Shown piece by piece: positions 38,466 to 48,653 of a DNA stretch of 64,000 bases. The number at the start of each line of letters is the position of its first letter. Position 1 is the stretch's first letter. The position numbers and the translations under genes are program-made. The DNA is from Gemmatimonas sp. (GTDB lineage Bacteria > Gemmatimonadota > Gemmatimonadetes > Gemmatimonadales > Gemmatimonadaceae). Where the stretch lies: positions 4,352,001 to 4,416,000 of the forward strand of contig OZ257156.1 of the NCBI GenBank assembly GCA_965279375.1. The letters run 5' to 3'. The notes beneath the pieces were generated by a model. That model searched no databases, was not told where the DNA came from, and worked only from the letters and a program-made list of their open reading frames with translations.

Positions 38466-41400
38466 GTGCTACGCAGCTCCACCGTGGCCTTTCGCTCCAG
38501 CGTACCCCAGCCAACCAGGCCGCCGCGCGCTGCGGCCGCGAACGCCTTCCACACCACCCAATACATGAACTGCCGATACGCAAAGCGCTGCAGGAATACG
38601 AGCCACGTCAAGCGAAACTCCTCCTCAGGTTCAGCCAGAAAGGCAATCACGGCCGCCAGCCAATCCACAAGAAGAAAGACTGCGTACAACGTCAGGATCT
38701 GTTCGAGTGATGCCACAGCGTAGGTTCCGCCGTGCTGCAGCCCAACCAGCCAAACCGACACCAGGCTCAGTACGAACATCAGATCAGCCAACGGCGCGAT
38801 GGCGTTGACGAGTAGCTGAAAAATCCACGTGTTTGGAAGCGCGATCATGCCCAGCGAGCCGGCGCTCGGACGCAGCAGCGCACCGCGATACTTCCACATG
38901 CACTGCAGCGTACCGAAGCTCCAGCGGAAGCGCTGCTTTATCAGCCCGCGCACCGTGTCCGGCGCCTCCGTCCACGCGACCGCATGCGGCGCGTACGAGA
39001 TCTCATAGCCTTTCGACAACAGTGCCAAAGTCAGATCCTGGTCTTCAGCCAGCGTGTCGTGTGAGAAGCCGCCAGCTGCCAGCACCGCCTCTCGCCGCCA
39101 CGCGCCTACCGCGCCCGGGACAACCGTGATGCCATTCAGGAGCGAGAATGCGCGCCGATCCAGGTTCTGGCTGGTGACGTATTCGATCGCCTGCCACCGA
39201 GTGAGCAGATTGAGCCGATTGCCCACCTTTGCATTGCCGGCGACGGCCGCCACCTCCGCACGCGCCAGCGGCTTCACCAACTCGGCGACGGTGTCCGGCT
39301 CAAAGAGCGTATCGGCGTCGAGTCCGATCATGATCTCGCCATGTGCGTGCGTCATGCCAAAGTTGAGCGCAGAGGACTTTCCACCGTTCGGCTTGGTGAA
39401 CACCGTCACACGAGCGTTCCCGACGAACGCGTCACGCGCCACCGCATATGTGTCATCCGGTGAGCCGTCATCCACCACTATCACGTGCAGCACGCCATCG
39501 TAGCGCTGCGCGAGCAGGCTCTCGATCGTGCGCACGATGACTGCCGCTTCGCGATAGGCCGGCACGATCACCGACACTGATGGCAGGTACGGTGCATCGG
39601 GGTGCTGCGCGGCGTTGCGTTTCGCATCGTTCGCACGACGCCACTCGCGTACTCGCTGCACAATGGCCAGCACGCTCACGAACGCCACTCGGCTCAGACC
39701 GAGCACGACGGCGACGAGAAACACCCAGGTGAGAAGCCACTCGCCCCAGCCGAATAGCGCGAAGCCGACCAACTCCATGATGCGCGCGGGTTCCTCCGCA
39801 CTCGACAGCCGCGCCATGCCGTGAAACGTGCCATCACCCACCAACCCGGAAAGCGTCACGAGTGTGTCGCCGCGAGCGCGCAGCGAATCGATGAGCGGGC
39901 CAATCGCGGCCAGCGTCTGCGCCCGATCGCCGCCGCCGTCATGCAGCAGTACCACGTTCCCGCGTTCGCGAGCGCTGAGCACGTTCCGCACGATCGCCTT
40001 CACGCCGGGGCGCATCCAGTCTTCTGAATCGAGATGCAATCCGGCAATCACATAACCGCGATCCGACGCAATGGCCGCGGGCACCAGTTCGTCTGCCGTC
40101 GTGGGCTCGGCGTCACCAAAGAACGGCGCGCGAAACAGCACGACGCGTCGATCGAGCGTCGCCTCGAGCAGTCGCTGATTGAGGTCCAACTCCAGTCCCA
40201 CCAGTGCGGGCGAGAGGAGCGAGAGATTCGGATGCGTGAAGGTGTGATTGCCGATCTCGTGTCCGGCGGCGAGTACGCGTTGAGCGAGTCGCAGATTCGA
40301 CTCCACCGCGGTGCCTATCATGAAGAACGTCGCGGGAACGCCGCGTGATGCGAGCGTATCAAGAATGGCGGGAGTCCACTGCGGGTCTGGGCCGTCATCG
40401 AACGTCAACGCCACTCGGTGCGCCTGTGCGCCGAAGCGCTGCACCACCCACGGCGTTGGCACTGACGTCGTACGTTCGGCGGTGACGACGTCGCGCGCGG
40501 AGTCGACGGTCAGGGTGCGCGTTCCGACGCGCGGCCGCGACTCGATGCGCAGCAGTTCGCCGGTGCCGTCAAACTCGACGTCGTATCCGGGCGCGATCGT
40601 ATCCAGCGCGCGCACTGCGTTGCGCAGCGAACCCGTGCGCTGTGTGCGCCACACAGAAGGATCTTCAGCACCAAGTCGCCACAGCGCCGTTCCGCGCGCG
40701 CTCAGGCGACGTCCGATGGCGAGTTGGTTGTATGCGGTGACACCGTCCAGATACCACGCAACATGGTCGGTGGAGTCCGGATCGGTCCACGTGATGTACG
40801 GGTTCAGCGAAACGGAATCGAAGCGGATGGGCACGCCGTTCTCGCGCGCCTTCTGCATGACGTCCTGAAAGGTCAGTGCATTGCCCGAGGCGCGAGGCCC
40901 GGCGTCGTTCCAATCGTAGCCGTAAGCGCCGATGGCCAGCAGCGCCTTACCGGCCGGAACCGCGCGCAGCATTTGCTGCGCTTCGCGGAGATACCATTGC
41001 TGACTCGCCACCGGACCGGGATCGCCAGCACCGTAGTGCTCGTCGTACAACATGAGGAAGACGCGATCATTGAGTGCCGCATATTGGGCAAGCACGTCGC
41101 GCGGCGTGTCGGTGCCCAGTGCCTGTGAAAGCAGCAGCGGCGGACCGGTCGCCTGAACGGTTCCCATGGCAGCGCGCAGTTCGATGAGGAACTGGCGCAC
41201 ATCGGCGTGCAACGACGACGGTATCTCCTCAAAGTCGAGCGTCACGCCCGCCAGTCCCCACTGCTTTACCGTGCGCACAACCTGCGCAATCGCGTGCTGA
41301 CGCGACGCTGGACGCGCCACGAGCGCGCGCAACCTGACGGCATCGAAGCGCTGCGTCGTCGAGTCGACGTTGCTCAGCATCAGCAAGACGCGCGGGCGCG

Positions 41401-41917
41401 TGGCCTCCGGCATGCGGGAGAGCAGGAAAGGCACTCGGCGATCAACCGTCACGCGCAACGAATCGCCACCGGGGGCGACGAACGCCCATTCCGCCACCAG
41501 CCAATCGATGTCGTCCGCATGCGCCTTCAGCGCGGCGAACGCGTTGTCATCCCAATTCACGTAGAACGCGGCGAACTCGCCCTGCGTCATGGTTGGACGG
41601 GCACTGCCGATCTGCTGCACGGGTATCGCCGCAGGCCGCAGCGACGGAACGGCGGGACGTCGCTCGAGCGAGGCGAGCAGATGCCTTCGCGCGGCCTCCC
41701 GCTCCCGGGCTTTGCGCGACGTGCGGAGCGTGGGCAGCGTGGCCAGACCGCGCTCGCGCCGCACACCGGAGGCGAACGCTGGCAGCACGGGCGGCACCAG
41801 CAGATACGCAACGAGCGCCAGCGTGGCAACGGTCGTAAACACACCGGCCGCCAATGCCGTACGCCGAAGCGCGCGCCACCGACGGCCAGTTGGATCTGCA
41901 AAAACGTGTCGAGTCAT
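38462..41917 (-). CDS. Trifunctional GH18-like / CE4 polysaccharide deacetylase / GT2 glycosyltransferase membrane protein
   Basis: GH18-like (LDFEE, MLYDEH, ALWRLG), NodB motifs (TFDDGP, NHTFTHP, FRAPF, DSEDW, LHDGG), GT2 motifs (DDGS, DADT, LAEDQD, QRFRW). Confidence 0.9.
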   Translation of the reverse strand: MTRHVFADPTGRRWRALRRTALAAGVFTTVATLALVAYLLVPPVLPAFASGVRRERGLATLPTLRTSRKAREREAARRHLLASLERRPAVPSLRPAAIPVQQIGSARPTMTQGEFAAFYVNWDDNAFAALKAHADDIDWLVAEWAFVAPGGDSLRVTVDRRVPFLLSRMPEATRPRVLLMLSNVDSTTQRFDAVRLRALVARPASRQHAIAQVVRTVKQWGLAGVTLDFEEIPSSLHADVRQFLIELRAAMGTVQATGPPLLLSQALGTDTPRDVLAQYAALNDRVFLMLYDEHYGAGDPGPVASQQWYLREAQQMLRAVPAGKALLAIGAYGYDWNDAGPRASGNALTFQDVMQKARENGVPIRFDSVSLNPYITWTDPDSTDHVAWYLDGVTAYNQLAIGRRLSARGTALWRLGAEDPSVWRTQRTGSLRNAVRALDTIAPGYDVEFDGTGELLRIESRPRVGTRTLTVDSARDVVTAERTTSVPTPWVVQRFGAQAHRVALTFDDGPDPQWTPAILDTLASRGVPATFFMIGTAVESNLRLAQRVLAAGHEIGNHTFTHPNLSLLSPALVGLELDLNQRLLEATLDRRVVLFRAPFFGDAEPTTADELVPAAIASDRGYVIAGLHLDSEDWMRPGVKAIVRNVLSARERGNVVLLHDGGGDRAQTLAAIGPLIDSLRARGDTLVTLSGLVGDGTFHGMARLSSAEEPARIMELVGFALFGWGEWLLTWVFLVAVVLGLSRVAFVSVLAIVQRVREWRRANDAKRNAAQHPDAPYLPSVSVIVPAYREAAVIVRTIESLLAQRYDGVLHVIVVDDGSPDDTYAVARDAFVGNARVTVFTKPNGGKSSALNFGMTHAHGEIMIGLDADTLFEPDTVAELVKPLARAEVAAVAGNAKVGNRLNLLTRWQAIEYVTSQNLDRRAFSLLNGITVVPGAVGAWRREAVLAAGGFSHDTLAEDQDLTLALLSKGYEISYAPHAVAWTEAPDTVRGLIKQRFRWSFGTLQCMWKYRGALLRPSAGSLGMIALPNTWIFQLLVNAIAPLADLMFVLSLVSVWLVGLQHGGTYAVASLEQILTLYAVFLLVDWLAAVIAFLAEPEEEFRLTWLVFLQRFAYRQFMYWVVWKAFAAAARGGLVGWGTLERKATVELRST

Positions 41918-41982
41918 CGACAGGCTGCTACACCGCCTCGCGCGGAAGGATCACCGCGCGCTGCGGCACTGCATGCGGCCAG

Positions 41983-42969
41983 CTACTGGCCGAGCACCAG
42001 GGCGAACACCAGAGGCGCAACGATGGAGGCGTCCGACTCGATGATGAACTTGGGCGTCTCGATACCCAGCTTGCCCCACGTGATCTTCTCGTTGGGCACC
42101 GCGCCCGAGTACGAGCCGTAGCTGGTGGTGGAGTCGCTGATCTGGCAGAAGTAGCCCCACAGCGGCACTTCTTCACGCTTGAGATCCTGGTGCAGCATGG
42201 GCACGACACAGATCGGGAAGTCTCCGGCAATGCCGCCGCCGATCTGGAAGAAGCCGATCGTCGACTCGTCCTTCGCCGTCTTCGTGTACCAGTCCGCGAG
42301 ATACATCATGTACTCGATGCCGCTGCGCACCGTGTGCACGTTCTTCACGTTGCCCTCGATCACATGCGACGCGAAGATGTTGCCCGTCGTGGAGTCTTCC
42401 CACCCCGGCACGATGATCGGCAGGTTCTTCTGCGCCGCCGCCAGCATCCACGAATTCTTCGGATCGATCTGGTAGTACTGCTCGAGCTTCCCGCTGAGCA
42501 GGATGCGGTACATGAACTCGTGCGGGAAATAGCGCTCGCCCTTCTGATCGGCCGTCGTCCATTCGTCGAGAATGGCGTTCTCGATACGACGAATCGCTTC
42601 GGCTTCAGGAATGCACGTATCAGTCACACGATTGAAGTGCTTCTCCAGCAGCGCCTGCTCGTCCTGCGGCGTGAGATCGCGATAGTTGGGCACGCGCTCG
42701 TAGTGATCGTGCGCGACGAGGTTGTAGATGTCTTCCTCGAGGTTCGCGCCGGTGCAAGTGATCGCGTGCACCTTGTCCTGCCGGATCATCTCGGCGAGCG
42801 ACAGCCCCAGCTCGGCGGTGCTCATCGCACCGGCAAGCGTGACCATCATCTTGCCGCCGTTGTCGAGATGGCGGGTGTAGGCGTCGGCCGCATCGATGAG
42901 CGCCGCCGCGTTGAAATGCCGGTAATGATGACGCAGAAACGCCGAGACCGGCGCGGATGACGGAGTCAT
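41983..42969 (-). CDS. Deoxyhypusine synthase-like protein (probably polyamine/homospermidine biosynthesis)
   Basis: TLAGAMSTAE, CTGANLEEDI, QIGGGIAGDF, GSYSGAVPNEKITWGK, ESDASIVAPL. Confidence 0.9.
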   Translation of the reverse strand: MTPSSAPVSAFLRHHYRHFNAAALIDAADAYTRHLDNGGKMMVTLAGAMSTAELGLSLAEMIRQDKVHAITCTGANLEEDIYNLVAHDHYERVPNYRDLTPQDEQALLEKHFNRVTDTCIPEAEAIRRIENAILDEWTTADQKGERYFPHEFMYRILLSGKLEQYYQIDPKNSWMLAAAQKNLPIIVPGWEDSTTGNIFASHVIEGNVKNVHTVRSGIEYMMYLADWYTKTAKDESTIGFFQIGGGIAGDFPICVVPMLHQDLKREEVPLWGYFCQISDSTTSYGSYSGAVPNEKITWGKLGIETPKFIIESDASIVAPLVFALVLGQ

Positions 42970-43065
42970 GGGCAACACTCAGAGGAAAGGCGACGAGATC
43001 CGGCGCGCGCGACGGCGCAGCCACGACGGCGTCCGGTCGGTGCTCGATCCGGCGCCGCGAGGAAT

Positions 43066-44856
43066 CTATCGCCGACCGTCGCTCACGTGGTCTACCCCAC
43101 GGGGATCCGTGGCGCGGCCGGTACGTCCGCGCTGCTCGGATTCGGCGTGGGCGTGGGCGGCCCGCTGTGCGCTGCGACCATTTCGTCGCAACGCCAGCCA
43201 ACTCGCGCCAAAGCCGAGGCCGACGGCGGCCGCCACATGTCCCGTCGAGAGGGCCGCGATGGCAATCCCGACGCAGAGGAGCGCCAGCGACCGGCTGGCT
43301 GCGCCGTTGGCGAGGTGTTGCTCGCCGGCGCGCTGCCCCATGGCCACTGCCTGCGCCGCCCCCCACGCCTGCAGTGCCGGGTCGTTCTCGTCGAGCACAC
43401 GGTAGCTCCCTGTCACCTCTGCCGACGGCGCGACTGCACCGAAACGATCGCCCGGCTGCGGCACCAATACCGGCCAGCGATCCGGCTCGAGACTGCGAGA
43501 CGTCGCACGGCTGCTCGGCGTTTCGGACAACAGCCCCAAGCCAAGGCGCAGCGGAACCACCGTGCCAGGATCCGCTTCTCCGCGCACCACCGATCCACCG
43601 CCGGGCGGCGTGTGCAGCACGCCACGCGTGACAGTACGTCCGCTGCGTTGCAGCTCATCGAAGGCGCCGCGCACGACCGTCTGCAGCAGGCGAACCGTGG
43701 GCTCGCGCGTCAGTGACGTCGCCTTCTTCACGAGTCGATCGGCGTCGGAGACGCGCGCGTCACGCAGCGCCGCCACCAACTGCTGCAAGACGGTTCGAAA
43801 TGGCTGCGGGCGATCGGCGGGCTCGTTGGTCAGCACAGAGACGAACACCATCAGTAGCGCGCGCGCCGCGTGCGCCTGTTCCGGCGTGCAAGCCGCGGCC
43901 AGCGAACCACCGGCGCTGAAGGCACGCACGAGCATGCGACAGTCGCGCGTTGCATCGAGATTGGAATCGGTGATCAGACGAGCACCGATGCGCGTGAACG
44001 CGCCATCGATGACGTCCTGCGCGCCCTGCGGCGGCGTGGAGCGCGCGACGGTGGGAGCGTCCTCGACTTCCCGACGCTCCAACAGCGGTGCGGCGTCGAG
44101 CATCGCCTGCTCAGGCTGGACGACCTCGCCGGCGATCCCCCACGCGCTCCGCGACAGATTGCGAGAGACGTCCGCAGCCGATGCGCGCACCCATGCTCGG
44201 CCATACTCCAGGGCCGGATGGTCCGGCGAGGACCGCATTACCCGCTGCAGCAGTCGCTCGGCGCCCTCAGTATCACCCTGTCTGGCTTGCACGATCGCCT
44301 GCTGGACGAGCAGCAAGGGTTCCTGCGGTGCCCGCTCGATGGCCGGCTGCAGCACGGCGCGCGCGCCCGCGACATCGCCCACCGCCAGGCGTGCGAGCGA
44401 CTGCACAAAGCGCAGTGCCACCGACGAAGGCGACGTCCCCAATCCCTCATCGGCGACGCGATCGCTTTCGCCGGGCAAGCCCAGCAGCGTCAGCGCGCCA
44501 CTTCGCAGATACCACCCTTCCTCAGTTCGACGGGCGCCATCCCAAACGCCGTCGAGGGCAGCAAGCGCGTCGCCGGCCAGATTGCGGAGCAGCGCGCCGC
44601 GGGCCTGTTCAAGACCGACCTCCATGGCCACCGCCGGCGTCCGCTGGCGGGCGACCACCTGGTCCGGGGTCCCAAACAGATCCTCGAGATCGAGCCCACT
44701 GCGGCCGAGCGGCGAGCCGGTTGGGGCGGCGGGAGCGTGCGGTGCCTCGGGGGAGATCGGCACGAGCGCGCGCGACGGCTGCACCTTTCCCGCGGGAGAG
44801 GTACCCGATACGCCAACGCTTCCGAGCGGGAGATATCCCGGTATGTCTGACGGCAC
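43066..44856 (-). CDS. Hypothetical TPR-containing protein with C-terminal TM helices
   Basis: Ala/Leu-rich helical repeats (ARAVLQPAIERAPQEP, AERLLQRVMRSSPDHP) and two hydrophobic segments near the C-terminus. Start uncertain. Confidence 0.55.
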   Translation of the reverse strand: MPSDIPGYLPLGSVGVSGTSPAGKVQPSRALVPISPEAPHAPAAPTGSPLGRSGLDLEDLFGTPDQVVARQRTPAVAMEVGLEQARGALLRNLAGDALAALDGVWDGARRTEEGWYLRSGALTLLGLPGESDRVADEGLGTSPSSVALRFVQSLARLAVGDVAGARAVLQPAIERAPQEPLLLVQQAIVQARQGDTEGAERLLQRVMRSSPDHPALEYGRAWVRASAADVSRNLSRSAWGIAGEVVQPEQAMLDAAPLLERREVEDAPTVARSTPPQGAQDVIDGAFTRIGARLITDSNLDATRDCRMLVRAFSAGGSLAAACTPEQAHAARALLMVFVSVLTNEPADRPQPFRTVLQQLVAALRDARVSDADRLVKKATSLTREPTVRLLQTVVRGAFDELQRSGRTVTRGVLHTPPGGGSVVRGEADPGTVVPLRLGLGLLSETPSSRATSRSLEPDRWPVLVPQPGDRFGAVAPSAEVTGSYRVLDENDPALQAWGAAQAVAMGQRAGEQHLANGAASRSLALLCVGIAIAALSTGHVAAAVGLGFGASWLALRRNGRSAQRAAHAHAESEQRGRTGRATDPRGVDHVSDGRR

Positions 44857-44967
44857 GCGGATGGATCGAGGGACGACGCTTACCCGGCGCCGGGCGGACG
44901 TTCTTCTGAGCAGTATCGGCAGCGTGACCCGTCCGCTGAACCGACCGCCAAGACCGACCCCGCCCAG

Positions 44968-45252
44968 CTACTCCGACAGGATTTCGACGAGCGGCTGCTC
45001 ACCGGCGCTTCGGCCGTACCCTTCGAAGTCCGCGAACCAGCGATACGCCTGCCCTTCCCGGTCGAGCGCAACGCGCCGATGGGTCCGTGTGTGTTCGTAG
45101 AGGCGAAGTTCGCCGACGTCATCCGGCCCCGGCACGAAACCGATGAACCAGAAGGCGGCGGTGGCGTTCACAGCGTCGCGCCCGAACGTCGCGGTCAGGG
45201 CGCGTTCGAGGGGATGCCAATCGGGCGGTCGATACATGTAGGCGATAGTCAC
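44968..45252 (-). CDS. Small hypothetical protein
   Basis: 94-aa ORF with globular-looking composition (PDWHPLERAL, FWFIG, LRLYEH, ALDREGQAY). Confidence 0.55.
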   Translation of the reverse strand: MTIAYMYRPPDWHPLERALTATFGRDAVNATAAFWFIGFVPGPDDVGELRLYEHTRTHRRVALDREGQAYRWFADFEGYGRSAGEQPLVEILSE

Positions 45253-45389
45253 GGGAGTCGCGAGGTGGACGCCCGGTCTTCCCCGCGGTCACGATTCGTC
45301 ACGCGATAGGGCGCGATACTCCCTTTGTGAGCCGCGGCCGTGTGATGCCTCTTCGCGCGAGGCCGCCTGCAACGCCCGCGTGACCCGCG

Positions 45390-46370
45390 TTAGCCTCGCG
45401 CAGCGGTGGTGCGACGGCGCGAACCGCTCACGTGCTGCGAGACGAAGCGCGTGGCGGCGCTCAGCGACTCTCGAGCCTCGGGGAGCACGGCGGCGAAGAA
45501 CTGCCAGACGTGCGGCACGCGTCGCCACAGTCGCATCTCCACGGTTGCACCTGCGGCCCGCGCGCGCTCGGCGACCCGAATGCCGTCATCCCGGAGCACT
45601 TCATCGTCGCTCGCGTGCACCAACAGCGGCGGGAAGCCTGCGTAGTCTCCGTACAGCGGAGAGAGTCGCGGGTTGGTTGGATCTGCGTCGCCCACGTAGA
45701 ACTGCGCGGCGCGCCGGATCGTCTCGCCAGCGAACATGGCGCATCGTTCACTGTTCTCATCGAGCGACCGCCCAGTGGCCGCGAGGTCCGTCCACGGGCA
45801 GAACGCAACAACCGCCGCAGGCAACGGCGCGCCTTCGTCGCGCAGCCGCAACGTCAGCGCCAACGCGAGACCGCCACCAGCCGAATCGCCGACGACCACG
45901 AGCCGCGCCGGATCGACACCGCACCCATGCACGACGTGCTCGTACGCTGCGCGCGCATCGTCGAGCGCAGCCGGAAAGGGGTGCTCGGGGGCCAAGCGGT
46001 ACGCTGGCACATAGGCTGTGCCGGCCACGCGCCGCACCAGCGAACACACGAGCGGTCGGTGCGTCTCCGGGCTGCACGCGATGAACCCGCCACCGTGCAG
46101 ATACAACAGCACCGGACTGTCCGGCGTCGCGCTCGGCCAGGAGACGCGTTCGCCGCCCACCCACGACCCCTGCGCGGGAAGCGGCTCGACGATCGCGCCA
46201 GTGGAACGGGCCATCAGTCGCCGCGCACCTTTGGGGCGCCCCATGTTCTCGCGCACCCACAGCGGATCGATCGGCTTGCGCGCATGCGGGCGCATGCGGG
46301 CGCTGACCAACAGATGCACCAGATGTGACTGCCAACTGGCGTTCGCGAGGCTCGGCGTGTCCACGGACAT
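45390..46370 (-). CDS. Alpha/beta hydrolase, hormone-sensitive lipase (Aes) family esterase
   Basis: YLHGGGF, YRLAPEHPFPAALDD, GDSAGG, EVLRDD, HVWQ. Confidence 0.92.
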   Translation of the reverse strand: MSVDTPSLANASWQSHLVHLLVSARMRPHARKPIDPLWVRENMGRPKGARRLMARSTGAIVEPLPAQGSWVGGERVSWPSATPDSPVLLYLHGGGFIACSPETHRPLVCSLVRRVAGTAYVPAYRLAPEHPFPAALDDARAAYEHVVHGCGVDPARLVVVGDSAGGGLALALTLRLRDEGAPLPAAVVAFCPWTDLAATGRSLDENSERCAMFAGETIRRAAQFYVGDADPTNPRLSPLYGDYAGFPPLLVHASDDEVLRDDGIRVAERARAAGATVEMRLWRRVPHVWQFFAAVLPEARESLSAATRFVSQHVSGSRRRTTAARG

Positions 46371-46440
46371 ACTGAATCCTAGGCGATCCACCTCCCGTGC
46401 GTCAGCGTCTCACGGGAGGTGTCGTGCGCATCAGGAACGC

Positions 46441-47250
46441 CTACACGCCGACTTGCTTCTCGACGCGATCGCGATAGTGCCGGCTCAAGCGAAGCTTGGT
46501 GCCGTCTTCAAGAATCACGACGTAGTCGCCCGAGAACCACTGCTGCATTTCACGCACGCGATTCAGGTTCACGATCGTGGAGCGGTGAATTCGCGCGAAC
46601 AAGCGCGGATCCAGCGTTTCCTCGAGATGGCTGATGCGCTCGCGAATCGTGTGCGCCGCCTTGCCCACATGCAGCTTCACATAGTTGCGATCGGCCTCGA
46701 TCCAATCGATCTCGGTCGTCTTGACGAAAAACATGCGACCGTCGGCCTTCACCAGAATGCGGCTCGCGAAACTGCCGTTCGCCGCGGCTGCGGTGGCGGC
46801 AGGATCCGCCTTCACGTCCGCCGACGATGTACCGTTCGCCAAGCGACGTACCGTCTCCAGCAACTCGCCAAGACGTTCGGCGGCGACGGCCTGTGCACGC
46901 TGCTTTCGCGCGCGGTCGAACGCCGCCTTGAAGCGGTCTTCGTCCAGTGGCTTGAGCACGTAGTCCACGGCGTGTACATCGAATGCACGCTGCGCATGCT
47001 CGTCATACGCCGTGATGAACAGAATCATCGGCGTCGGCTCACCGGAGAGTTCCTGCAGCACACCGAAGCCGTCGAGCTCAGGCATCTGCACATCGAGACA
47101 CACAAGATCGGGATGCAGAGCACGAATCATCTGCACGGCTTCGCTACCCGTCTCGGCCTCGCCGACGATCTCCACGTCGGACTCGTTCTGCAACAGCCGT
47201 CGCACACGCTGTCGCGCGAGCACCTCATCATCAACAATCAATACGCGCAC
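46441..47250 (-). CDS. LytTR-family response regulator
   Basis: REC (LIVDDE, LDVQMP, FITAY, DYVLKP) plus LytTR (FARIHRSTIVN). GTG start with GGAGAG RBS. Confidence 0.95.
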   Translation of the reverse strand: MRVLIVDDEVLARQRVRRLLQNESDVEIVGEAETGSEAVQMIRALHPDLVCLDVQMPELDGFGVLQELSGEPTPMILFITAYDEHAQRAFDVHAVDYVLKPLDEDRFKAAFDRARKQRAQAVAAERLGELLETVRRLANGTSSADVKADPAATAAAANGSFASRILVKADGRMFFVKTTEIDWIEADRNYVKLHVGKAAHTIRERISHLEETLDPRLFARIHRSTIVNLNRVREMQQWFSGDYVVILEDGTKLRLSRHYRDRVEKQVGV

Positions 47251-47475
47251 GCTATCGCTCTCCGGCCTCCCTGCGAAACGCCATCTGCGCCACAGCACGT
47301 GCCGGGAGGAAGGGCACGCCATACGCGCGCAAACGCGGTACACTCCGTGTTACGCCGAACACGACCAAGACGTTCATCTGACTTTCACAAATCGTAAGAG
47401 CGTGCAACTTTCCCGTCATGTGCCGTCGTATGGCTGCACGTACTTTTTCGGAGTTAGACGTTGGCACACCTATCA

Positions 47476-48618
47476 ATGGTTGCACCGAGACAACCGCTGA
47501 CCATCGCGGACGAAGGTGCGCGGTTCAAGCGCATCACACGCGTGCTGTTCGCACTCGTGTGGGTCATCCCCGGCATCCTCGCCGCGTTGCAACTGACCGT
47601 ACTCGGCGACGCATCCGGCACGCACTACGCACTCGGACACGCATTGGTTTGGCAGGGTTCCGCGTGGCTCATCTGGAGCGTGTGGTCCCAAGTCATCCTG
47701 ACCATGGTGGACCGCATAAAACTCGGGACCGGTCGACTCGCGGGTTGGATAGCGATTCACGTCGTGGCGACGTTCACGATTTGCGCGATCAACATCCTCG
47801 CGATTGCCTGGCTCGACCATCTGTTCTTCCACGCAGGCCAACAGCAGAGCTACGCCTTCGCGCTGCGCTCGGTACTGGTTAACCACTTCGACTTTCAGGT
47901 GGTGCTCTACTGGGCCGTGCTCGGGGCGGCGTACATGGTCGAGTTCGTGCGCCGGTTCCGGGAGCGTGACAGAGCGGCGTTCGAGCTCGAGCAGAAGCTG
48001 GCCATGACGCAGCTCGACGCGCTCCGCATGCAGCTCAACCCACACTTCCTCTTCAACGCGCTCAACTCCGTGGCCGAGCTGATGGAGATGGACGTCAAGC
48101 AGGCGCAGAAAACTCTCACGCGCGTGAGTGACCTGCTGCGACTGTCACTGCGCAGCGCCGGCTCCAGCACGATTCCGCTGTGGCAGGAGATCGAACTCGT
48201 CGAGCTGTATCTGCAGATCGCCCGCGTTCGCTACGGGCAGGGACTGGAGGTCGACATCGAAGTCGATTCCTCAGCAGTGGACTTGCCAGTGCCGAGCTTT
48301 CTGTTGCAGCCGCTGGTCGAGAACGCGCTCAAGCATGGTCTGGCCCCGGGACACAAGGACCAGTGCATTTCGGTCAGCGCGCGGCGCGATGGGGATGCGC
48401 TCGAGCTGATCGTCGACGACAACGGCAAAGGGCTCGACGGGCTGATCACGACGAGCGGTCGATTCATGGCAGCGCGCCCATCGGTGGACGGGCTGGGGAT
48501 CGGACTCACGAACACGCGCTCGCGCCTGACCATGCTCTACGGCGATCGCTACGCCTTTCGCATGAGCAACCAGAACGCGGGTGGCTGCCGCGTGGAGATT
48601 CGTCTGCCGATCGACTGA
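47476..48618 (+). CDS. LytS/YehU-family membrane sensor histidine kinase
   Basis: Four TM helices, LRMQLNPHFLFNALN, LLQPLVENALKHG, DDNGKG, GIGLTN. Confidence 0.95.
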   Translation: MVAPRQPLTIADEGARFKRITRVLFALVWVIPGILAALQLTVLGDASGTHYALGHALVWQGSAWLIWSVWSQVILTMVDRIKLGTGRLAGWIAIHVVATFTICAINILAIAWLDHLFFHAGQQQSYAFALRSVLVNHFDFQVVLYWAVLGAAYMVEFVRRFRERDRAAFELEQKLAMTQLDALRMQLNPHFLFNALNSVAELMEMDVKQAQKTLTRVSDLLRLSLRSAGSSTIPLWQEIELVELYLQIARVRYGQGLEVDIEVDSSAVDLPVPSFLLQPLVENALKHGLAPGHKDQCISVSARRDGDALELIVDDNGKGLDGLITTSGRFMAARPSVDGLGIGLTNTRSRLTMLYGDRYAFRMSNQNAGGCRVEIRLPID

Positions 48619-48653
48619 GGTCGGCAGATGGAATCGCCGCCTGCCACGCGCGG

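Noticed and set aside
36790..38583. 597-aa alternative-frame ORF within mprF
   Set aside because: Arg/Ala-rich off-frame product, while the mprF frame has all family motifs.
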